Positions 8,320 through 17,094 of a stretch of DNA of 45,069 nucleotides are shown here, in pieces (the stretch's first letter is position 1; each line of letters begins with the position of its first letter). This DNA comes from a phage: sequence record PZ334583.1; one strand, 5' to 3'. The translations under genes and the position numbers were made by a program. Under the pieces are notes generated by a model that was not told where the DNA came from, did no database searches, and saw only the letters and a program-made list of their open reading frames with translations.

Positions 8320-8920
8320 TTAGTGGTGGACAAGGTGATTGCCTTAGTGAAGCCTCTTAGTGCATTCCTGAGGCCATTCAGGGCGTTTATGAGGTATTGA
8401 CAAGATGGAGGGGGGCGTGGGCTATCTGTTCGTTTCGTTCACTCCGCTTGCGCTACGTTCACTCGCTCACGTGTACCTTAGGCTATTCCTTTATGGATAG
8501 CTTAGGTTATAGCTTAGTGGCCTACCTTAGTTATAACCTTAGTGCATAGCTTAGTATCAGCTTAGTAGTGTACCTTAGTAAGTCTTAGTGTCTTCTCTTA
8601 GTGATTGCACATGCAAGCATGTAAGATGCCATTAGGTCGCGGTCGGTAGACCGCTAAAGAAGGAGAATAGTAATAAGATGCAGTAGGAGGAACACCAGAA
8701 GCCTAGCCAACCTAAGCTATCCTAGCTCTATATCTATTGCTTTTCCTTAGTCTAACACGTTAGACAACCTATCTTTTTCTTAGTGATGGTAACTTAGTGT
8801 TGACAAGATAATCTTAGTGTAATACTATGCATCACGTAGGCGGTGCTGAGGCACCTAGTAGCCAGCTAGTAAGGCATACGAAGAGACTAGCGCTTACATT
8901 GCTCTTTAACAATTTGCTTA
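8320..8920. repeat. Left-flank array of about 20 dispersed CTTAGTG / AGCTTAGT heptamer repeats (SRL-like), interspersed with host-type promoters
   Basis: ggcttagtgg, gccttagtga, cctcttagtg, tagcttaggttatagcttagtggcctaccttagttataaccttagtgcatagcttagtatcagcttagtagtgtaccttagtaagtcttagtgtcttctcttagtg, and further copies at 8780..8920. Confidence 0.7.
8800..8828 (+). promoter_or_regulatory. Candidate host sigma70 early promoter
   Basis: TTGACA (8800..8805), 17-nt spacer, TACTAT (8823..8828); sits in the early leader as the T7 A promoters do. Confidence 0.4.
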
Positions 8921-8971
8921 GTGTAACCTATGTATGCCGTGGTTAACTACTTATTGAATGAGGTATTAACT

Positions 8972-9151
8972 ATGACATTAAACAACCGTGAACTGTCCGT
9001 TATCTTCACTCTGTTGTGCTACATGATTCGTAACAACGAATTACTTACAGACGATGAGTTAGCCTTGTATCACCGCTTTCTTAACGAAGGTTGGACCGAT
9101 ACAGTTAATCAATACCGTAACATGATAGATGAGTTGAGGGAGGGTAAATAA
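8972..9151 (+). CDS. Early hypothetical protein (59 aa)
   Basis: ATG 8972 with GAGG 8 nt upstream; ORF-track frame 8930..9151. Confidence 0.5.
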   Translation: MTLNNRELSVIFTLLCYMIRNNELLTDDELALYHRFLNEGWTDTVNQYRNMIDELREGK

Positions 9152-9375
9152 TGTATCAACATGAGGTATTCTTTGAATCAGCTAGCGAAGCTATTCGCTT
9201 CCGTGATGATATGATGCAAGCTGGCGTAGGTGTTGATGTGTATCACTATTTGATAGATTACGACACTGAATATCACCGAGTTACCTTAGTGACTGAGTAT
9301 GATAACCAAGTCATCACTGAGTACTTAGGCAGTGAAGATTACGATTACGATGAAGTAATCACGACAAATCTCTAA
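9151..9375 (+). CDS. Early small highly acidic protein (74 aa), possible DNA-mimic-type anti-host factor
   Basis: RBS GGGAGGG; Asp/Glu/Tyr-rich (EYDNQVITEYLGSEDYDYDEV); TAATG overlap with the upstream gene. Confidence 0.6.
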   Translation: MYQHEVFFESASEAIRFRDDMMQAGVGVDVYHYLIDYDTEYHRVTLVTEYDNQVITEYLGSEDYDYDEVITTNL

Positions 9376-9383
9376 ATTAACTG

Positions 9384-9412
9384 TTGACAGCCACGGCATA
9401 CAAGGTTACATT
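9384..9412 (+). promoter_or_regulatory. Candidate host sigma70 early promoter
   Basis: TTGACA (9384..9389), 17-nt spacer, TACATT (9407..9412). Confidence 0.35.
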
Positions 9413-9504
9413 AAGCATCAAGACGGCGACGTCTTTAAACATCCCGCTCTTTAACAATATGGTTTGTGTCTTGATAGGCTAACTAACTAACTAAGGTAAT
9501 TATC

Positions 9505-9615
9505 ATGAAAGGTTTAATTTGTGTAGAACGTATGGTCAATGGTAAAATTGAAATATTACCACTGGAAAACCAATCTAGCTTCAAAGAGTGGTATGGCTGT
9601 TTCTCACTGATTTAA
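9505..9615 (+). CDS. Small early ORF (36 aa)
   Basis: ATG 9505 after a (CTAA)n three-frame stop element and AAGG; MKGLICVERMVNGKIEILPLENQSSFKEWYGCFSLI. Confidence 0.3.
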   Translation: MKGLICVERMVNGKIEILPLENQSSFKEWYGCFSLI

Positions 9616-9766
9616 GGCAAAGGCTGGCACTAGTCAGCCTATCAAGGCGCAAACCAAGCTCTTTAACAATTTGGATGGCAGCTTCTTAGTCTGGATAGGT
9701 TAAACCTAGGGGATTCTCTTGAGTCTCCTATAATGTAACCTAACTAACTAAATGAGGATTAATAAC

Positions 9767-10123
9767 ATGGCTATGTCTAATATGACTTACTCTCAGGTTT
9801 ACAACACCGCTCATGCTGCATTAGTTGAACGTATCTGGAATGATGCTATTGATTGTATTGATAACGCACATGATGCAATCCATGATGCGGCGGATAGTGC
9901 TGTACCAATCTATTATGCTGACATCTTCTCCGTGATGGCGAGTGAAGGAATTGATCATTTCTTCGAAGACTCCGACCTGATGCCAGACACTAAGGATGTA
10001 ACGGTAGTATTGCAAGCCCGTATCTATGAGCAACTCACAATTGATCTATGGGAACGTGTTCAGTATATGATTGTTGAATACATCAACTCCGCCGCATATT
10101 TAGAAGAAAAAGAGGAAGAATAA
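9767..10123 (+). CDS. ocr: Ocr-like DNA-mimic anti-restriction protein (T7 gene 0.3 homolog)
   Basis: MAMSNMTY...[29 protein letters not shown]...[13 protein letters not shown]...[15 protein letters not shown]...EEKEEE closely matches the T7 Ocr sequence as I recall it; acidic; early-region position. Confidence 0.85.
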   Translation: MAMSNMTYSQVYNTAHAALVERIWNDAIDCIDNAHDAIHDAADSAVPIYYADIFSVMASEGIDHFFEDSDLMPDTKDVTVVLQARIYEQLTIDLWERVQYMIVEYINSAAYLEEKEEE

Positions 10124-10124
10124 G

Positions 10125-10238
10125 ATGGAAAAGTTATACAACTTTATCTTTTCAGACGGTGTAACCCTGAAGTGTTCCCTACGACTCGCACAAATTCGTG
10201 AGGAAGTACTAGGCACTACATACAAACTATTTAGCTGA
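10125..10238 (+). CDS. Small early ORF (37 aa)
   Basis: ATG 10125 directly after the ocr stop, RBS GAGGAAG; MEKLYNFIFSDGVTLKCSLRLAQIREEVLGTTYKLFS. Confidence 0.35.
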   Translation: MEKLYNFIFSDGVTLKCSLRLAQIREEVLGTTYKLFS

Positions 10239-10251
10239 CACTATAAGAGAA
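10229..10251 (+). promoter_or_regulatory. Variant phage promoter-like sequence (the +1 G is replaced by A)
   Basis: atttagctgacactataagagaa; the -17..-1 region is closer to the SP6 consensus than the main family, but the CTATAG initiation box reads CTATAA. Confidence 0.35.
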
Positions 10252-10314
10252 GGCTTAACAAGGCGTTGCTACGGTAGCGCCTGATTAAACTTTCACTTAC
10301 TAGGAGTTAAGACT

Positions 10315-10542
10315 ATGGATTTAGATAGCATCATTATGGCATTTGCTCTTATTGGCTTAAGCTGGTGCTCCTATCACCTTTACCGTGAGTTCTTATTTGA
10401 TAAAGCTAAACGCAAACTAAGAAAGGAAGGCGGTAATTACCTTTGTGTAAGAGGTGGGCTTGTAGAATACATTGCACCTAACGGCACGGAATGCGCCATT
10501 AGCAAAGATGCATTTATAGAAACGTGGCATTACATCAAGTAA
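10315..10542 (+). CDS. Early small membrane protein (75 aa)
   Basis: RBS AGGAG; N-terminal hydrophobic helix IIMAFALIGLSWCSYHLY. Confidence 0.55.
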   Translation: MDLDSIIMAFALIGLSWCSYHLYREFLFDKAKRKLRKEGGNYLCVRGGLVEYIAPNGTECAISKDAFIETWHYIK

Positions 10543-10605
10543 CTAGCCTATAGCCTACCTGAGTGGGCTATGTGATATTTACTTACACTATATAAGGTGA
10601 CTATT

Positions 10606-11490
10606 ATGACTACTGAAAACATCCTCCTGTCTGTCCGTGAAGCTGCAACCGCTGAGATTAAGCAGCATTTGGATAATATCGGCACTTCTTACATCAAAGT
10701 TGGCGCTTGTCTGAATGAATTACGCGGTGATTTCGAAGGTCAAAAAGACTTTTTAGCTTATGTAGAATCAGAGTTCGGCATCAAGAAAGCACAATGCTAC
10801 AAGCTGATGAGTGTAGCCCGTGTCTTTGAAGGAGACGAACGCTTTAAAGGTGTGGCTATGCGTGTAATGCTGGCGCTTGTTCCTTTCGCTGATGAAAATA
10901 TAATCATGGAGAAGGCAGCAGAACTCGCCGCAGATGGCAAGCTGGACACTAACGCCGTAAACGCCCTGATTGATCCTAAGAAAGAGACAAAGGCCGAGAT
11001 GGTACAATCTAAGGCTGAGGCGGTAAAACCGCAGGAGAACGCGACTGAGTCCGCAGAATTACAGGAAATGCAAGCGCCGCAGGTAGTGCCACCCGCGAGC
11101 GAGCAGGAGGCCGACGAATCAGCACCTTGGGAAGAGGAAAGCAAGCCGGAAGCGCCTAAGGCCGCGCCACTGGATAACACGGCTAACACCGAGAGTGCCG
11201 CTATTGCTGGCCTTCTGGCACAAATTAAAGCACTGACCGAGCAATTACAGGCAGCTAATGACCGCATTGCCTCCTTAAGCAGCGCACGCGAAAGCAAGAA
11301 AGCAGCCGCGCCTATGCTGCCGCAATTCAAATCTTCCTGCTTCTATGCTCGCTTAGGTTTAAGCGCTGAGGAGGCAACGAAGAAAACAGCAGTTAACAAG
11401 GCACGCCGCGAACTGGTTAAGCTAGGCTACGGCGAAGGCCATGAAGCATGGCCCTTAATCTCTGAGGCAGTAGAAGAATTAACTAAGTAA
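10606..11490 (+). CDS. Early protein (294 aa): N-terminal helical domain, acidic Ala/Pro/Glu-rich linker, basic C-terminal region
   Basis: ATG 10606 with AAGG RBS; low-complexity centre (PQVVPPASEQEADESAPWEEESKPEAPKAAP); immediately upstream of the RNAP gene. Confidence 0.7.
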   Translation: MTTENILLSVREAATAEIKQHLDNIGTSYIKVGACLNELRGDFEGQKDFLAYVESEFGIKKAQCYKLMSVARVFEGDERFKGVAMRVMLALVPFADENIIMEKAAELAADGKLDTNAVNALIDPKKETKAEMVQSKAEAVKPQENATESAELQEMQAPQVVPPASEQEADESAPWEEESKPEAPKAAPLDNTANTESAAIAGLLAQIKALTEQLQAANDRIASLSSARESKKAAAPMLPQFKSSCFYARLGLSAEEATKKTAVNKARRELVKLGYGEGHEAWPLISEAVEELTK

Positions 11491-11553
11491 CCTTATCGGT
11501 GGCATCTTCTTAGTTGTCACCTATTAAGGTTTCTTTCACTAGGAGTAAACAAG

Positions 11554-14181
11554 ATGCAAGACCTACACGCTATTCAACTTCAACTTGAAGAAGAAATGTT
11601 TAACGGCGGTATCCGTCGCTTTGAAGCGGACCAACAACGCCAGATTGCATCCGGTAATGAATCAGACACGGCATGGAATCGCCGCTTATTATCCGAGTTA
11701 ATCGCGCCAATGGCTGAAGGTATTCAGGCTTATAAGGAAGAGTACGAAGGCAAGCGCGGTCGTGCACCACGTGCATTGGCTTTCATTAACTGCGTAGAAA
11801 ATGAAGTGGCAGCGTATATCACGATGAAGATCGTAATGGATATGCTTAACACTGATGTAACCTTGCAAGCTATCGCTATGAATGTAGCTGACCGCATCGA
11901 AGACCAAGTGCGCTTCAGTAAACTAGAAGGCCATGCAGCTAAATATTTTGAGAAGGTCAAGAAGTCACTTAAGGCAAGTAAGACTAAATCATATCGCCAT
12001 GCGCACAACGTAGCGGTCGTGGCTGAGAAGTCAGTAGCTGACCGTGACGCTGATTTCTCTCGCTGGGAAGCGTGGCCTAAAGATACCTTGCTACAAATTG
12101 GTATGACCTTGCTAGAAATACTGGAAAATAGTGTATTCTTCAACAGGCAGCCTGTTTTCATCCGCACCTTGCGTACTAATGGCGGCAAACACGGTGTTTA
12201 CTACTTACAGACTAGTGAACACGTTGGCGAGTGGATAACCGCCTTCAAAGAGCACGTAGCGCAACTAAGCCCTGCATATGCACCTTGCGTTATTCCTCCG
12301 CGTCCGTGGGTTTCACCTTTCAACGGTGGGTTTCATACTGAGAAAGTAGCAAGTCGTATCCGCCTTGTTAAAGGCAACCGTGAGCACGTCCGTAAGTTAA
12401 CTAAAAAGCAAATGCCAGCGGTCTATAAGGCTGTTAACGCCTTACAAGCTACTAAGTGGCAGGTTAACAAGGAAGTATTGCAGGTAGTAGAAGATGTTAT
12501 TCGTCTAGACCTCGGTTATGGTGTACCTTCCTTTAAGCCGCTCATTGACCGCGAGAACAAACCAGCTAACCCTGTTCCTCTTGAGTTCCAACACCTGCGA
12601 GGCCGTGAACTGAAAGAAATGCTTACGCCGGAACAATGGCAAGCCTTTATCAACTGGAAAGGTGAATGTACTAAGCTGTACACCGCTGAAACTAAGCGCG
12701 GAAGCAAATCGGCGGCAACCGTTCGCATGGTTGGTCAGGCCCGTAAATATAGCCAGTTCGACGCAATCTACTTCGTGTATGCACTGGACAGCCGCAGCCG
12801 CGTCTACGCGCAATCTAGCACACTCTCACCGCAATCAAATGACTTGGGCAAGGCATTGCTCCGTTTTACCGAAGGGCAGCGTCTTGATAGCGCTGAGGCG
12901 CTTAAGTGGTTTTTGGTGAACGGGGCGAATAACTGGGGTTGGGATAAGAAAACTTTTGACGTGCGCACCGCTAACGTGCTGGATAGCGAATTTCAAGACA
13001 TGTGCCGCGACATTGCAGCCGATCCGCTGACCTTCACTCAATGGGTAAATGCTGATTCCCCTTACGGCTTCCTTGCATGGTGCTTTGAATATGCGCGTTA
13101 TCTGGATGCACTGGATGAAGGCACGCAAGACCAATTCATGACGCACCTACCCGTCCATCAAGACGGTAGTTGCTCTGGTATCCAGCACTATAGCGCGATG
13201 TTACGCGATGAAGTAGGTGCGAAAGCAGTAAACCTTAAGCCTTCTGACTCCCCTCAAGATATTTATGGCGCGGTTGCGCAGGTTGTTATCCAGAAGAATT
13301 ACGCCTACATGAATGCAGACGATGCAGAGACTTTCACATCTGGAAGCGTCACACTTACAGGTGCAGAACTGCGTAGCATGGCTAGTGCGTGGGATATGAT
13401 AGGAATCACTCGCGGCCTGACCAAAAAGCCCGTAATGACACTACCTTATGGCAGCACACGTCTAACCTGCCGTGAGTCAGTGATTGATTATATCGTTGAT
13501 TTAGAAGAAAAAGAGGCCCAACGGGCTATTGCGGAAGGGCGTACCGCCAATCCTGTACACCCTTTTGATAATGACCGTAAGGACAGCCTGACACCTAGCG
13601 CAGCTTATAACTATATGACAGCTTTAATCTGGCCTTCTATTTCGGAAGTGGTTAAAGCTCCTATAGTGGCAATGAAAATGATTCGTCAGCTTGCACGTTT
13701 CGCAGCTAAAAGGAATGAAGGCTTAGAGTACACCTTGCCTACTGGCTTCATCTTGCAACAAAAGATAATGGCGACAGATATGCTCCGCGTATCTACTTGC
13801 TTGATGGGCGAAATCAAGATGAGTCTACAGATTGAAACGGACGTAGTGGATGAAACGGCTATGATGGGCGCTGCTGCCCCTAACTTTGTGCACGGTCATG
13901 ATGCCAGTCACCTTATCTTAACGGTCTGCGACCTTGTTGATAAAGGGATTACATCTATCGCAGTAATTCATGATTCTTTTGGCACTCATGCAGGTCGTAC
14001 CGCAGACCTACGTGATAGTCTAAGGGCAGAAATGGTGAAGATGTATCAAGGCCATAACGCTCTGCAAAGCCTGTTAGATGAGCATGAAGAACGCTGGTTA
14101 GTAGACACCGGAATCCAAGTGCCAGAGCAAGGAGAGTTTGACCTTAACGAAATCTTAGTATCTGACTATTGCTTCGCATAA
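11554..14181 (+). CDS. Single-subunit DNA-dependent RNA polymerase (SP6/T7 family)
   Basis: 875 aa; [26 protein letters not shown]... and the catalytic C-terminus ...HDSFGTHA... recognised as SP6-type RNAP; RBS AGGAG. Confidence 0.97.
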   Translation: MQDLHAIQLQLEEEMFNGGIRRFEADQQRQIASGNESDTAWNRRLLSELIAPMAEGIQAYKEEYEGKRGRAPRALAFINCVENEVAAYITMKIVMDMLNTDVTLQAIAMNVADRIEDQVRFSKLEGHAAKYFEKVKKSLKASKTKSYRHAHNVAVVAEKSVADRDADFSRWEAWPKDTLLQIGMTLLEILENSVFFNRQPVFIRTLRTNGGKHGVYYLQTSEHVGEWITAFKEHVAQLSPAYAPCVIPPRPWVSPFNGGFHTEKVASRIRLVKGNREHVRKLTKKQMPAVYKAVNALQATKWQVNKEVLQVVEDVIRLDLGYGVPSFKPLIDRENKPANPVPLEFQHLRGRELKEMLTPEQWQAFINWKGECTKLYTAETKRGSKSAATVRMVGQARKYSQFDAIYFVYALDSRSRVYAQSSTLSPQSNDLGKALLRFTEGQRLDSAEALKWFLVNGANNWGWDKKTFDVRTANVLDSEFQDMCRDIAADPLTFTQWVNADSPYGFLAWCFEYARYLDALDEGTQDQFMTHLPVHQDGSCSGIQHYSAMLRDEVGAKAVNLKPSDSPQDIYGAVAQVVIQKNYAYMNADDAETFTSGSVTLTGAELRSMASAWDMIGITRGLTKKPVMTLPYGSTRLTCRESVIDYIVDLEEKEAQRAIAEGRTANPVHPFDNDRKDSLTPSAAYNYMTALIWPSISEVVKAPIVAMKMIRQLARFAAKRNEGLEYTLPTGFILQQKIMATDMLRVSTCLMGEIKMSLQIETDVVDETAMMGAAAPNFVHGHDASHLILTVCDLVDKGITSIAVIHDSFGTHAGRTADLRDSLRAEMVKMYQGHNALQSLLDEHEERWLVDTGIQVPEQGEFDLNEILVSDYCFA

Positions 14182-14189
14182 TATTAATA

Positions 14190-14221
14190 GGCCATTCCTT
14201 CGGGAGTGGCCTTTTCTTTTT
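14190..14221 (+). terminator. Strong intrinsic terminator after the RNAP gene (early terminator analogue)
   Basis: ggccattcc-ttcg-ggagtggcc (UUCG tetraloop hairpin) followed by ttttcttttt. Confidence 0.8.
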
Positions 14222-14255
14222 ACCTACTACCGGTAACATTTCATTAACATAAAAT

Positions 14256-14271
14256 GTCTCACATGTGAGAC
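14256..14271. repeat. 16-bp perfect palindrome GTCTCACATGTGAGAC, copy 1, abutting promoter 14274
   Basis: exact sequence read; six copies in the genome. Confidence 0.9.
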
Positions 14272-14273
14272 TT

Positions 14274-14296
14274 ATTTACCGGACACTATAGGATAG
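14274..14296 (+). promoter_or_regulatory. Phage RNAP promoter (origin-associated; ATAGGATAG downstream variant)
   Basis: atttaccggacactataggatag. Confidence 0.7.
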
Positions 14297-14299
14297 CCG

Positions 14300-14430
14300 T
14301 CGGAGACGGGAAAGAAAGGGAAGATAAAGGATATAAAGGAAGTAATAGGTATTAAAGGTTATATAGGTTATCTAGGAATACCTATTACCTTCTTCCTTCC
14401 TCTTATTACTACTTAGAGGAAGGGCAGATC
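14300..14430. other. AT-rich, strand-asymmetric imperfect inverted repeat; candidate primary replication origin core
   Basis: purine-rich arm ggaaagaaagggaagataaaggatataaaggaagtaataggta..., pyrimidine-rich arm ...tacctattaccttcttccttcctcttatt; flanked by two palindrome-plus-promoter units; same position as the T7 primary origin. Confidence 0.4.
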
Positions 14431-14436
14431 TATGTT

Positions 14437-14452
14437 GTCTCACATGTGAGAC
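14437..14452. repeat. Palindrome GTCTCACATGTGAGAC, copy 2
   Basis: exact sequence read. Confidence 0.9.
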
Positions 14453-14457
14453 TTCGT

Positions 14458-14480
14458 ATTTACCGGACAGTATAGATAAG
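14458..14480 (+). promoter_or_regulatory. Degenerate phage promoter (ACAGTATAGATAAG)
   Basis: atttaccggacagtatagataag; C to G change in the core, may be weak or inactive. Confidence 0.4.
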
Positions 14481-14505
14481 ACTAATTTACTTTGGAGATT
14501 TAACC

Positions 14506-14634
14506 ATGCGTAACTTTGAGAAGATGACCCGTAAAGCTAACCGTTTTGACATGGAAGAAGGGCAGAAGAAAGGCAAGAAGCTGAATAAACCTGTCCGTGA
14601 CCGTGCATCTAAACGCGCTGCGTGGGAGTTCTAA
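14506..14634 (+). CDS. Small basic ORF (42 aa)
   Basis: ATG 14506 with GGAG 8 nt upstream; MRNFEKMTRKANRFDMEEGQKKGKKLNKPVRDRASKRAAWEF. Confidence 0.4.
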   Translation: MRNFEKMTRKANRFDMEEGQKKGKKLNKPVRDRASKRAAWEF

Positions 14635-14637
14635 GTT

Positions 14638-16626
14638 ATGGCTATTATTCAGAATGTACCGTGTCCTGCCTGTCAAAAGAATGGACATGATATTACTGGC
14701 AACCATCTTATGATATTTGAGGATGGCGCTGGTTACTGTAACCGTGGTCACTTCCATGATAACGGTAAACCTTATTACCACAAGCCGGAAGGTGGCATCG
14801 AGATAACCGAGTTACCTATTACTGGCAATATCAAATATACACCTTCTCAATTCAAAGAAATGGAGAAGGAAGGGAAGATAAGCGACCCTAAATTACGTGC
14901 CATCGCACTAGGTGGTATGCGTATGAAAGACCGTTGGGAGGTCATGAATGAGCAAGAAAGGGCAGACCAAGAAGCAGAGTGGAAGCTTGATGTTGAATGG
15001 TTCCTCACGCTTAAGCGTAAGAACCTTGTTTCCCGACACATTCGCGGCGACATTTGCGCATTGTATGATGTACGTGTCGGACACGATGAAGAGGGTAGAG
15101 TCTCGCGGCATTACTATCCACGCTTCGAGAAAGGTGAGCTAGTAGGAGCTAAGTGTCGCACATTACCTAAAGACTTTAAGTTTGGTCATTTAGGTAAACT
15201 CTTTGGTATGCAAGATCTTTTCGGGATGAATACTTTGTCTCACGTGTTAGACAAGGGAAGACGAAAGGATTGCTTGCTTATTGTGGGTGGGGAACTGGAT
15301 GCGCTAGCAGCGCAGCAGATGCTCCTTGATTCTGCCAAAGGTACTAAGTGGGAAGGACAACCATATCATGTGTGGTCTGTCAACAAGGGCGAGTCTTGCC
15401 TTGAAGAGATAGTGCAGAACCGTGAGCATATCGCCCAATTCAAGAAGATTATATGGGGTTTTGATGGAGATGAGGTAGGGCAGAAGCAGAATCAGCAAGC
15501 GGCTCGCCTGTTTCCTGGCAAATCCTATATCCTTGAATACCCCTCTGGTTGCAAAGATGCTAACAAGGCATTGATGGCTGGCAAGGCTAGAGAGTTTGTA
15601 GATGCATGGTTTAATGCCAAGTCATCTGATGAAGTCTTTGGTAGCCAGATTAAATCTATCGCATCTCAAAGGGATAAGCTCAAGGCTGCACGTCCAGAGC
15701 AAGGACTATCATGGCCTTGGCCTAAGCTGAACAAGGTAACGCTAGGTATTCGTAAGAACCAACTTATCATTGTAGGCGCAGGCTCTGGTGTAGGTAAGAC
15801 TGAGTTCCTTCGTGAAGTAGTTAAGCACCTCATTGAAGAACACGGTGAATCTGTAGGCATCATTTCTACAGAAGACCCGATGGTCAAGGTGTCCCGTGCT
15901 TTTATCGGCAAGTGGATTGATAAGCGTATTGAGTTACCGCCAACCAACGACCCGAAAGAAGATGGATACCGTGAGGTGTTCGACTACACCGAGGAAGAAG
16001 CTAACGCCGCCATTGATTATGTAGCCGATACAGGGAAGCTGTTTGTAGCTGACCTAGAAGGTGACTACTCGATGGAGAAGGTAGAGCAGACCTGCCTTGA
16101 GTTTGAGGCTATGGGTATTTCCAATATCATCATTGATAACTTAACGGGGATTAAATTAGATGAGCGTGCTTTTGGTGGGAAGGTTGGTGCACTTGATGAA
16201 TGCGTCAAGCGGATTGGTACTATCAAAGACCGACACCCGGTTACTATATTCCTTGTATCACACCTTACACGTCCTCCGGCAAACCGGACCCAACACGAAG
16301 AAGGTGGCGAAGTTATCCTTTCTGACTTCCGAGGCTCAGGCGCTATCGGATTCTGGGCATCTTACGCCTTGGGGATTGAGCGTAATACAAGAGCTGAAAC
16401 GCTTGACGAAAGGACTACCACGTACATCTCATGTGTCAAAGACCGCGACCAAGGAATATTTTCCGGTACTCGTATAATGCTTAAAGGTGATATTGCTACT
16501 GGTCGCTTACGTGAACCAGAGCAAAGATCTCGACCGTTTGATACTGGTGCTCCAAAAGAACAAACTGTACCAGAAGAAGTGATTGATAAAGGAGGTTTTA
16601 TTGCTGACGAAGTTGAAGAGTTTTGA
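14638..16626 (+). CDS. DNA primase/helicase (T7 gp4-like) with acidic C-terminal tail ending in Phe
   Basis: N-terminal Cys4 zinc ribbon (CPACQ...CNRGH), Walker A GAGSGVGKTEF, C-terminus ...FIADEVEEF; RBS GGGAG. Confidence 0.95.
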   Translation: MAIIQNVPCPACQKNGHDITGNHLMIFEDGAGYCNRGHFHDNGKPYYHKPEGGIEITELPITGNIKYTPSQFKEMEKEGKISDPKLRAIALGGMRMKDRWEVMNEQERADQEAEWKLDVEWFLTLKRKNLVSRHIRGDICALYDVRVGHDEEGRVSRHYYPRFEKGELVGAKCRTLPKDFKFGHLGKLFGMQDLFGMNTLSHVLDKGRRKDCLLIVGGELDALAAQQMLLDSAKGTKWEGQPYHVWSVNKGESCLEEIVQNREHIAQFKKIIWGFDGDEVGQKQNQQAARLFPGKSYILEYPSGCKDANKALMAGKAREFVDAWFNAKSSDEVFGSQIKSIASQRDKLKAARPEQGLSWPWPKLNKVTLGIRKNQLIIVGAGSGVGKTEFLREVVKHLIEEHGESVGIISTEDPMVKVSRAFIGKWIDKRIELPPTNDPKEDGYREVFDYTEEEANAAIDYVADTGKLFVADLEGDYSMEKVEQTCLEFEAMGISNIIIDNLTGIKLDERAFGGKVGALDECVKRIGTIKDRHPVTIFLVSHLTRPPANRTQHEEGGEVILSDFRGSGAIGFWASYALGIERNTRAETLDERTTTYISCVKDRDQGIFSGTRIMLKGDIATGRLREPEQRSRPFDTGAPKEQTVPEEVIDKGGFIADEVEEF

Positions 16627-17089
16627 GGCAGCAGGCTATACCATCAAGGAAGATGGTACTATCCTTAACCCTAAAGGTGTAATACGCAAGCCCACGCCTT
16701 TAGGAAAGAAAGTAAAGTATTTATATGTAACTTGGAGACATCAAGGTCGAACAGTGACAGAACTTGTACACCGACTGGTTGCTTGTAAGTACATACCCAA
16801 CCCACAGGGTTTACCAGAAGTTCATCATAAAGACTTTAATCCTCTTAATTGTCATAAGGATAATCTTGAATGGACAGATGGGAAAACCAATTGTGAGTAT
16901 AGCTATTCACGAGTAGAGACTGCACTTGCACGAAAGGCTACTTTGCTGTCACCTGATGGAATTAAACATGATGTGTTTAATGTTCGTAAGTTCTGCCGTA
17001 AACATAGCCTCAATCCACCTAGCATATTTGAAGTGCTCAGTGGTAAGCGTAAATCACACAAAGGTTGGGCTATTTACCGGACACTATAG
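16601..17089 (+). CDS. HNH homing-type endonuclease, paralog 1
   Basis: motifs VHHKDFNPLNCHKDNLEW (HNH), paralogous to 44626..45069; strong RBS AAGGAGG 16589..16595; start codon uncertain (TTG 16601 or 16613; ORF-track frame begins at 16583); 3' end contains promoter 17072. Confidence 0.75.
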   Translation: MLTKLKSFEAAGYTIKEDGTILNPKGVIRKPTPLGKKVKYLYVTWRHQGRTVTELVHRLVACKYIPNPQGLPEVHHKDFNPLNCHKDNLEWTDGKTNCEYSYSRVETALARKATLLSPDGIKHDVFNVRKFCRKHSLNPPSIFEVLSGKRKSHKGWAIYRTL

Positions 17090-17094
17090 AAGAG
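17072..17094 (+). promoter_or_regulatory. Phage RNAP promoter embedded in the 3' end of the HNH gene
   Basis: atttaccggacactatagaagag. Confidence 0.8.

Noticed and set aside
8136-8333. 65-aa minus-strand ORF spanning the A15 run and GC-rich block
   Set aside because: Lies in the predicted terminal-repeat region; the reading frame is created by the homopolymer and GC-rich tract, with no translation signals.
8397-8425. TTGACA hexamer at 8397 as a host promoter
   Set aside because: No acceptable -10 element at 16-18 nt spacing (ggctat or gctatc); kept out of the feature list, unlike the 8800 and 9384 candidates.
10797-11330. 177-aa minus-strand ORF
   Set aside because: Antisense shadow of the GC-rich Ala/Glu/Pro-rich linker of the + strand early gene 10606..11490; the low-complexity Ala/Ser-rich translation is typical of spurious antisense frames.
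13186-13200. CACTATAG octamer inside the RNAP gene
   Set aside because: Only the TATAG core matches (ccagcactatagcgcg); it lacks the GACA and ATTTAC upstream elements shared by all 13 promoter copies.
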